64,000 bases of DNA, from the IMG/VR virus record IMGVR_UViG_3300033121_001944, positions 25,384-89,383 of that record. One strand, 5' to 3'. The DNA is from a virus. Lineage: Duplodnaviria > Caudoviricetes. Positions 40,158-46,084 of the stretch are shown piece by piece; within the stretch, counting starts at the first letter, position 1; every line of letters starts with the position of its first letter. Both the position numbers and the translations under genes were made by a program. The notes beneath the pieces were generated by a model. That model did not search any database and had not been told where the DNA came from. It was given only the letters and a program-made list of their open reading frames with translations.

Positions 40158-40270
40158 TAGTGGAGATGGCGGGAATTGCACCCGCGTCCAAGCGACTGTG
40201 ACCTTCTTTACCTATGGGCGTGTTCGGCTTCCCTTGCGGGACCAGTCGTTGTCGAATCTTTTTCATCCCC
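40158..40270 (-). ncRNA. ssrA: miniature tmRNA-like RNA (tRNA-like domain with 44-nt insert)
   Basis: GGGGAUG/CAUCUCC acceptor with G3.U; GAUUCGAC; P2 CGACUG/CAGUCG; GGAC; T-arm GCGGG-UGCAAUU-CCCGC; 3' ACUA. Confidence 0.85.
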
Positions 40271-40504
40271 AGTCCATTCCAAGATTGCCTCTCCCTTATC
40301 GTTATGCTCATACTGGAGATAGCCTCGATCCAGCCCGCCCTTTTTCAAAGTATGATAGTTCTGCTTAATGTCAACAGAAAGGGAGAGAGCGATGGCAAAA
40401 CCAAATAGGGCGCCTAAAGTAGCTCCAATAGTCGCCCCTAACATAAACGATCCTTTGGCTAGGGTAGCCTCTATCGCCATTCTTTCGTCAAGTCGAACTG
40501 ACAT
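40208..40504 (-). CDS. membrane protein whose 3' end overlaps the mini-tmRNA
   Basis: TM segment FMLGATIGATLGALFGFAIALSLSV; stop lies inside the RNA insert. Confidence 0.5.
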   Translation of the reverse strand: MSVRLDERMAIEATLAKGSFMLGATIGATLGALFGFAIALSLSVDIKQNYHTLKKGGLDRGYLQYEHNDKGEAILEWTGDEKDSTTTGPAREAEHAHR

Positions 40505-40676
40505 CGGAAACCTTATTAATTACATAATTCCGGTAAGAAAGGACGCCGTCCACCATTCTATTTCCATAGTTTGTCCACTTCATTTGGCGGCGAGCCTTGA
40601 ACATAGCTACAGAAACATTGGGAGCTTCTACTTGGCAAGACTCCCCATTCTTTTGATTAATAATATTATAGAGCAT
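40488..40676 (-). CDS. small hypothetical protein
   Basis: 62 aa, TAATG coupling. Confidence 0.5.
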   Translation of the reverse strand: MLYNIINQKNGESCQVEAPNVSVAMFKARRQMKWTNYGNRMVDGVLSYRNYVINKVSDVSST

Positions 40677-41005
40677 TAAACTGCCTTATTCTGAGATGCG
40701 TCCCATTTAGTCCAGCCGCTATCGGGCAGCCAGCTACCATCCTCAGCCTTTCTCTTCGGGAAGAGGGTTTCGCCCTTCTTATGACAACCGAAAGATAGAC
40801 GGGCATGACAAGCACGACATCTCATTTCATAATACTTATCGTCATTGACGTCGCGTACAACGAGCTTAACATCGTCGCTTCCGCACTTTCCGCAGCTATG
40901 ATCGAATACTTCTTGAATGTGGGAGACTTGCTCAAATAGATCTCGCTCGCTCTTTACATCTAATTCAAATAGTAGACCGCCCGCCTTAAACTTACAAACA
41001 CTCAC
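40676..41005 (-). CDS. Zn-finger phage protein
   Basis: CGKC...CRAC; LFPKRK. Confidence 0.65.
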   Translation of the reverse strand: MSVCKFKAGGLLFELDVKSERDLFEQVSHIQEVFDHSCGKCGSDDVKLVVRDVNDDKYYEMRCRACHARLSFGCHKKGETLFPKRKAEDGSWLPDSGWTKWDASQNKAV

Positions 41006-41187
41006 TTGGATTCTCCTGCAAAAATTAAACCAATATTAGCTAGGGCATAGCACATCCACACGAATGACCAAGCCCACCTACAATTATAGAGGTGGACTAG
41101 TGCCGTAGCAAGGTATAAAACAGCAACAATACTTGGCAATATGATAGCCAATTTAGACATCAAAGAACTCGCATTCTTCAGTGGCAT
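41002..41187 (-). CDS. small membrane protein
   Basis: Two hydrophobic helices; start uncertain. Confidence 0.5.
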   Translation of the reverse strand: MPLKNASSLMSKLAIILPSIVAVLYLATALVHLYNCRWAWSFVWMCYALANIGLIFAGESK

Positions 41188-41211
41188 AAGCCCGCATGAA
41201 CCATTCCGGCT

Positions 41212-41610
41212 CTATGGGGTTATCCGTGAGGACCTCAAATACGAAATCGCTCGCTCCTTCCATTCCGCAAACCTCTGAGCTTGCTCCGCTTGCCTCATTT
41301 TCAGCGAAGTATAGCTCCCGGACGTCAAATAGTGACATGCTTCACCAAACCTTTCAACTAGTTCAGAAATCTTTTTAAAGTCTGGCGGAGTCTCACATTT
41401 AAACTCCACCTCTGAGTACTCCCTCCCGCGAAGGAAGGCGTATGCGAGTTGACTGTGGCGAGCCTCTTTACGGACGACCATAACGTGATGACCGCGAAGC
41501 TCACATTTCGTGGCGATATCTTTAATTTGATGAATAGCCTGTTTAATAATGCGGGCTTCGGCGGCGAGGCTTTTAATCTTTACTTTGAGGGCGAATTTCT
41601 TAGTTAGCAC
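41212..41610 (-). CDS. basic helical hypothetical protein
   Basis: AAGGAGG RBS with GTG start; KIKSLAAEARII...RKEARHSQLAYAFLRG. Confidence 0.7.
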   Translation of the reverse strand: MLTKKFALKVKIKSLAAEARIIKQAIHQIKDIATKCELRGHHVMVVRKEARHSQLAYAFLRGREYSEVEFKCETPPDFKKISELVERFGEACHYLTSGSYTSLKMRQAEQAQRFAEWKERAISYLRSSRITP

Positions 41611-41733
41611 GGCTAACCTCCTTAAATTAAGTTTAGAAAATGAAACAGAGACACAAAAACTTAAAGTAAGGTTGGTGGAGGTTTACCAGTTATTAATTCA
41701 CAAGAAATGGGTCATATATTATTCTACACCAAA

Positions 41734-41807
41734 TGCCTCTACAGAGAGTCGAACTCTGATAAGTGCGGATTGAAAGCCGACTGCTCAAACCGTTGAGCGT
41801 TAGAGGC
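41734..41807 (-). tRNA. tRNA-like element, nominal Glu(UUC), atypical
   Basis: Perfect 7-bp acceptor GCCUCUA/UAGAGGC; D GCUC/GAGC; T CAGAG-UUCGACU-CUCUG; weak anticodon stem with C-C mismatch; A at position 8. Confidence 0.65.
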
Positions 41808-42218
41808 GAATTCTTCTATGAGATGCCAAGCTTCAGCAAAAACTTCATTCTTCCCATCCCTACTAATGGATATTGCAAAAGATGAAGTTTGTACAAAGTC
41901 AGAAAAAGGCACTATATAAATAGGTAAATCTTTATGGACAACGGCGGCAAAATCGAAGTCTCCATTTGCATATTTTTCAAGACCACTCCTATACCTATTA
42001 TTGATCTGCCTTCCAGTTAAAGCTAGAAAAGCCCGCCTTGTCTTTGAAAAGTGAGCCGTCTTAACCTGCACTTTAATTAGTACGGACTTAATATCTAGGA
42101 CAAGGTCGTAAGATAAAAAACCGCCCACTGGCTGGAGAACATTATATCCCCTTTTTAAGGCTTCTGTAGTCACTATATACTCTGAAGTGATTCCAATTTG
42201 GGATGCGTTAGCGGTCAC
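41739..42218 (-). CDS. PD-(D/E)XK homing-type endonuclease
   Basis: GITSEYIV...GYNV...YDLV...KVQVKT; probable GTG start at 42218, since the track start at 42275 runs through the terminator. Confidence 0.75.
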   Translation of the reverse strand: MTANASQIGITSEYIVTTEALKRGYNVLQPVGGFLSYDLVLDIKSVLIKVQVKTAHFSKTRRAFLALTGRQINNRYRSGLEKYANGDFDFAAVVHKDLPIYIVPFSDFVQTSSFAISISRDGKNEVFAEAWHLIEEFASNAQRFEQSAFNPHLSEFDSL

Positions 42219-42230
42219 CTGAAAAAGTCC

Positions 42231-42263
42231 AAAAAAATCCCCCAGCTTAACGTACTGGGGGTT
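42231..42263 (-). terminator. intrinsic terminator after Ro60
   Basis: CCCCCAG/CUGGGGG stem followed by A-U7. Confidence 0.8.
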
Positions 42264-42301
42264 GGCTTCCGCCACGTCATTGAGAGGACTGCGACTACTC
42301 T

Positions 42302-43867
42302 CTATGAATTAAAGTTTGCAATCACTGAAGGAGCGGTTGCATCAAAACCAACAATATCCAGGGAGCCTGGGTCGGACGGGTCGGCAATACTAAAGCCCGT
42401 AGCGGTCATGCCGCAGACGATTAGCTTCGCATTAATACCCATCTTATCCCGATACTGTTTTAGTGCCTGAATGGGATGCATGGTTCCCGACCACGTTTCG
42501 TTATCCGTATAGACGATGAAACAATCGACGGGAATCTTCTTCGCCAGGGCGTCTTGCATTGGCAATGAACAGTCCGTACGCCCCCAAGGGGTATTCGCAA
42601 TAGTTTGCGTTACCGTTTGGAGATCCATTCCCTTCAGGAGGTTAATTGGCACCATCTTTCCATTAAAGCCAGCCGTATACGTAAATGGCTCCTTATTAAT
42701 AGATACCATTGCCATCACACCAGCAGCCTCTCCTGGCGTTACATTAGACTTAGCCACGCCTCCGCCGAACATGGAGCCCGAGCAGTCAATGCCTAGATAA
42801 AATCGCCTGTTAGTAGGCTTCACATATTGGAAACACTTATAGAACGCATCATTCAGCGCTGAAAGCACCTGTTGATCTACCGTCCACGAGTTCGATCCAA
42901 GGAATCCGCGACCTTGACCGTACGTCTTCGTTGCAAGCAAAACGCTAAACGGATGAATGTGAGCCTTTTGGAGAGCGACCTCGTCCGACAATACACTAAC
43001 CACTTTTCGGCTAGCTGCACTCATCGGGGTCAGTAGACCAACCTTGCTCATCTTACCCAGATTTTTAATCATAGCCGTCAAAGGCATCCGCTGTAGGAGG
43101 GCGTCCCAAACGGCAACATGGTTTAGATGCTCCGTAGGAATAACCTCCCGGACAAGCCGGTGCTGCTCAATCAGATCTACGACTCGGTTAATTGGCGCCG
43201 TCTTGATCTCTTCAACAACCTGCAAATATTGGTCAGCCTCGCTTTCAGTCGGCTCCCACTTATCTCGCTGGGCGACATACTTAGCCACATTATTAGTCGA
43301 TGAATCGACAAACTTAGGGCGAGTTAGTCGCAGAACGTCTTTTTGGGACCAGCTATTTCGGTTATTGTACTTAGTAACCTGATAAGCCAAATCACTAGCC
43401 GACTTGCTCGTATACCAACTTTTAATAAGCTTACGTGCCGTCTTGCTGCCTCCAGTCAGATTTTTGCGATTCTCAGTAAACTCCATTAGATGGGTACCAA
43501 TTCGCACAACCTTCAGGAAGGTCTCGCGTAACTCCGCTACAGTATAATCTATCGTCAGTAGTGATAGAGCAAAGATTGAGGGCGAAATCTTAGGAGCATC
43601 GTACGAAGCCCGCTCAATCTCCTTTAGGGTACGAGCAAGATCCGCCTTTGCACATCGTAGAACGACGTCCGCATTCTCTACGGTCATTTCTCGTTCTGAA
43701 CAGTAGTAAGTCCCACCAGCATTGCCGAGGATGAGGAAGCGGGTTAGCTGATCCCAATCTGAGATTTGGAAAACATAGCCGCCCGCATTATTCTTAACCT
43801 GCTTCTTGCCCTGCATGGGCTGAGACTGCGGGGTAGCCTTTTGGAAAACGTGCTTAGCGTAAGTCAT
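42302..43867 (-). CDS. rsr: Ro60/Rsr TROVE-domain RNA-binding protein
   Basis: KNNAGGYVF...LTRFLILG...GGTYY; YQVTKYNNRNSWSQKDVLRL; MPLTAMIKNLGKM; vWA DCSGSM; YTDNETW; DIVGFD. Confidence 0.96.
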   Translation of the reverse strand: MTYAKHVFQKATPQSQPMQGKKQVKNNAGGYVFQISDWDQLTRFLILGNAGGTYYCSEREMTVENADVVLRCAKADLARTLKEIERASYDAPKISPSIFALSLLTIDYTVAELRETFLKVVRIGTHLMEFTENRKNLTGGSKTARKLIKSWYTSKSASDLAYQVTKYNNRNSWSQKDVLRLTRPKFVDSSTNNVAKYVAQRDKWEPTESEADQYLQVVEEIKTAPINRVVDLIEQHRLVREVIPTEHLNHVAVWDALLQRMPLTAMIKNLGKMSKVGLLTPMSAASRKVVSVLSDEVALQKAHIHPFSVLLATKTYGQGRGFLGSNSWTVDQQVLSALNDAFYKCFQYVKPTNRRFYLGIDCSGSMFGGGVAKSNVTPGEAAGVMAMVSINKEPFTYTAGFNGKMVPINLLKGMDLQTVTQTIANTPWGRTDCSLPMQDALAKKIPVDCFIVYTDNETWSGTMHPIQALKQYRDKMGINAKLIVCGMTATGFSIADPSDPGSLDIVGFDATAPSVIANFNS

Positions 43868-43892
43868 TTTAAAATCCTTAAAGTCTTAAAAA

Positions 43893-43961
43893 TTAGGGCA
43901 AGTTAACATCAAAGGGTGTTTTTCAAAACCAATTTGATAACCCTCCGAAATTCAACCCTAA
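43893..43961 (-). ncRNA. Y-RNA-like element 1 (short, UUAUC loop)
   Basis: UUAGGG-UUGA...CUUG-CCCUAA terminal stem, 69 nt. Confidence 0.7.
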
Positions 43962-43968
43962 ATAAGGG

Positions 43969-44102
43969 AAACTGAGGCAAGGTGGCAGAATGCAGTTTTT
44001 TCGCGCTTTACCACTAAGCTAATTGACCTTACGATCAATACCAGATTCGAACTGGTGACTCGCACTTAACAGGTGAGAACGCACTCCAATCAACCTCAGT
44101 TT
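43969..44102 (-). ncRNA. Y-RNA-like element 2 (YrlA-like, permuted tRNA module with GUU loop hairpin)
   Basis: AAACUGAGG-UUGA...CUUG-CCUCAGUUU; T-arm ACCAG-UUCGAAU-CUGGU; 7-bp acceptor-like stem capped by GUAA; D-arm GCUU-AGUGGUA-AAGC. Confidence 0.85.
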
Positions 44103-44109
44103 GTATTAG

Positions 44110-44234
44110 TGGGGCAAGTTTGTATGCTGGTAACACGTCTTCACCCTTACCATTCGGGATACCGCCCTTTCGAGCGATGTTGGAATCGAACCAACTTTCA
44201 AAGATTTACAAGGTAACCCAACAAATCAACCCCA
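44110..44234 (-). ncRNA. Y-RNA-like element 3 (YrlA-like)
   Basis: UGGGG-UUGA-UUUG...CAAA-CUUG-CCCCA; T-arm GUUGG-UUCGAUU-CCAAC; acceptor-like AUCGCUC-GAAA-GGGCGGU; D-arm CCC-GAAUGGUAA-GGG. Confidence 0.85.
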
Positions 44235-44241
44235 TGTTTTG

Positions 44242-44356
44242 TGGAGGTAAATATACGATTCTAAGGTAGACATACTGACATACTCTCACCACTAAAGTAA
44301 GTGAGGTTCTGAGCTAAGCTCATGCGGTGCCCCCGCACTAAAATCTTCAACCTCCA
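44242..44356 (-). ncRNA. Y-RNA-like element 4 (degenerate three-hairpin module)
   Basis: UGGAGG-UUGA...UUUA-CCUCCA; hairpins UGCGG/CCGCA, UGAGC/GCUCA, CUCAC/GUGAG with AGUGG. Confidence 0.65.
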
Positions 44357-44358
44357 AG

Positions 44359-44428
44359 CAACGGGCGAAGGATTCGCACCTCCAAAACTCACGATATCAG
44401 TGAGCGTCGCGCTAATGACAGACCCGTT
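44359..44428 (-). tRNA. degenerate tRNA-like element (loop UGAUAUC)
   Basis: Acceptor AACGGGU/GCCCGUU; D GUC/GAC; CUCAC/GUGAG arm; T-arm GGAGG-UGCGAAU-CCUUC. Confidence 0.6.
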
Positions 44429-44435
44429 AAAAAAA

Positions 44436-44499
44436 TTAGAGGCAAGTAGTTGTCTGGACCGTTTCAATTGCAATGATAATCCAAACTATCAACCTCTAA
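44436..44499 (-). ncRNA. Y-RNA-like element 5 (short, UUAUC loop)
   Basis: UUAGAGG-UUGA-UAG...CUA-CUUG-CCUCUAA, 64 nt. Confidence 0.75.
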
Positions 44500-44500
44500 G

Positions 44501-44571
44501 TTCTGCCCCCTGGACTTGAACCAGGACCGTTCCCCATGAACAAGAGAAGTGCTACCTTACACCAAAGCAGA
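44501..44571 (-). tRNA. tRNA-like element with non-canonical anticodon loop (UGUUCAU)
   Basis: Acceptor UCUGCUU/GGGCAGA; D GUG-UAAGGUAG-CAC; T-arm CCUGG-UUCAAGU-CCAGG. Confidence 0.65.
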
Positions 44572-44575
44572 ATTC

Positions 44576-44603
44576 ATTATATGGTCAACTACCATATTTG
44601 CAA
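44576..44603 (-). promoter_or_regulatory. sigma70-like promoter for the RNA array, with internal palindrome
   Basis: TTGCAA-16 nt-TATAAT ending 5 nt before the first tRNA-like element; ATATGGT-N5-ACCATAT at 44579-44597. Confidence 0.7.
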
Positions 44604-44608
44604 GATGG

Positions 44609-44773
44609 TCAGCGGTCGCAATGACAGTTTTTATCGTCGCACTTTTTATCGGGCGAGCAAGTACAACCGTCTTTGCATGCGTCACATCCACACTTACAGT
44701 TTACAGGTCCGCAACCAAAAAGCAAGAGCGAGAAGAGGGAAAGGGCTGAAAAAATGAAAGATTTTCGGGTCAT
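44609..44773 (-). CDS. metallothionein-like lipoprotein (not in ORF track)
   Basis: MTRKSFIFSALSLFSLLLFGC-GPVNCKCGCDACKDGCTCSPDKKCDDKNCHCDR; ATGA overlap with the upstream stop. Confidence 0.7.
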   Translation of the reverse strand: MTRKSFIFSALSLFSLLLFGCGPVNCKCGCDACKDGCTCSPDKKCDDKNCHCDR

Positions 44774-45087
44774 GAGAAGTCTCCTTTATTTATAGATACA
44801 CCGTCCACGCGGTGAACGACAATAAACCTTTCCATGTCGGCATCGTTCACAGATGGGTCCCAATCTCTAGTTCGCCACCCCCCATAAGTCATGCCTTCTA
44901 TTAAATCCCATCCATTCGTTAGAAATTGGACGTTCGTCCTAGCCTCCTCATCGGTCAGCCCGTCCACAATTCGACATTTTTCGTAGATGAACCAGGATTC
45001 GAATTCACTTAGAATGTGAAAAGGGTTCATACGTCGGTGTCCCATAATACTTTCTCGGAAAATCGCGAAAATCCAATGAAGACCCAT
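44770..45087 (-). CDS. hypothetical protein
   Basis: 105 aa; real start probably internal. Confidence 0.5.
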   Translation of the reverse strand: MGLHWIFAIFRESIMGHRRMNPFHILSEFESWFIYEKCRIVDGLTDEEARTNVQFLTNGWDLIEGMTYGGWRTRDWDPSVNDADMERFIVVHRVDGVSINKGDFS

Positions 45088-45256
45088 TTTTAAAATAAAA
45101 TCTATACATTAAATATCCGTTCACACATTCTATTGAGTATAGAATCGGCTTCCCCTTCCATAGGGACACTACGTATTTGTAGCGGTCAGGAACTGGATCG
45201 TTTGTACCAAACATTAATCTCATTAGAAGCCACATTTTACCACCTTTTAGGGTCAA
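45005..45256 (-). CDS. hypothetical protein
   Basis: 83 aa, aromatic-rich. Confidence 0.5.
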   Translation of the reverse strand: MTLKGGKMWLLMRLMFGTNDPVPDRYKYVVSLWKGKPILYSIECVNGYLMYRFYFKNGSSLDFRDFPRKYYGTPTYEPFSHSK

Positions 45257-45488
45257 TCGGATAAGGAATCTCTACGCGGTCTCTGTTTACTACGACATTC
45301 CCAATGCAGGGATAGCCGCAATGCTCGTATGCAAACCAACCGTGATCTTCTACTTTCCAGTATGGAGTTGGGTCCTCTATATATTTAAGTACATAATAAT
45401 AGACTTTTCTCTCAAGTCGTCCGGGGTCATCTTCACCCCAATCTTGGTCCCACACATACTCTATAGAGTAGGCTTTAGCGAAAATCAC
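45237..45488 (-). CDS. hypothetical protein
   Basis: 83 aa, ATGA coupling. Confidence 0.5.
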   Translation of the reverse strand: MIFAKAYSIEYVWDQDWGEDDPGRLERKVYYYVLKYIEDPTPYWKVEDHGWFAYEHCGYPCIGNVVVNRDRVEIPYPIDPKRW

Positions 45489-46084
45489 TTTGAACTCCTA
45501 AATGAGTGTTTATCAAACCCCTTCGCCTCTGCCATTGTTTTATCGTCAACGTGGGGAATTGGCGGCGGCAGCTTCTTATTCGCGAACCACATCATCAATT
45601 CTTGATAAGCTTTCTCCGGTGAAACCACCTTACCAAAACTGAAGTCTGCCAATTTTGGATTTTCATATGCCACCACTCTTTCGAGAATGCCTTTTTTAAT
45701 CGAGAATTCCTTTTCAGTCAAGAGGACAATAATTGGGGTGTCTGACTTGTAATAAGTGTTGAGCGGCACAAACCACTGCTTATCCTGATGAAGATGCCAC
45801 TTTCTTTTTGTTGCCTCAAAAAGGTGTCCCCAATCTTTTTTATCGTAAGAAACTCCATTCTCTGTTTTTGCAAAGTAATAGCGGTCGCCGCAAAACTCAA
45901 TTACGCCTAGCGGGCTCATGTCTATATATTTTTTATCCCATCTTGGCACATATTTGGAATGCCAATAAGGCTCTCTCCCGTTTTGCTTTAGTTGGGTAGT
46001 AACTCGCTCATATATAAGCGTTTTATCTATGCCCGTCTTTCTCACATAATCATAATAATCGGTAAAGTTAGATTGAATGATCAT
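45485..46084 (-). CDS. hypothetical phage protein
   Basis: MIIQSNFTDYYD...AYQEL...GFDKHSFR; coupled start. Confidence 0.65.
   Translation of the reverse strand: MIIQSNFTDYYDYVRKTGIDKTLIYERVTTQLKQNGREPYWHSKYVPRWDKKYIDMSPLGVIEFCGDRYYFAKTENGVSYDKKDWGHLFEATKRKWHLHQDKQWFVPLNTYYKSDTPIIVLLTEKEFSIKKGILERVVAYENPKLADFSFGKVVSPEKAYQELMMWFANKKLPPPIPHVDDKTMAEAKGFDKHSFRSSK

Noticed and set aside
40093-40311. 72-aa ORF spanning the mini-tmRNA
   Set aside because: Mostly reads through the structured RNA; at most the 21-aa hydrophobic tail from ATG 40158 could be real, and it is unsupported
41668-41730. Sixth Y RNA or tRNA (GGUGUAG...CUCCACCA)
   Set aside because: Imperfect stem, no UUGA/CUUG core, no T or D arms
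43893-44499. CRISPR array interpretation of the repeated elements
   Set aside because: Units are self-complementary stems of variable sequence and length, not identical direct repeats with constant spacers
44261-44757. Track ORFs over the RNA array and promoter
   Set aside because: They overlap covarying RNA structures or the better-supported lipoprotein ORF and show no protein features
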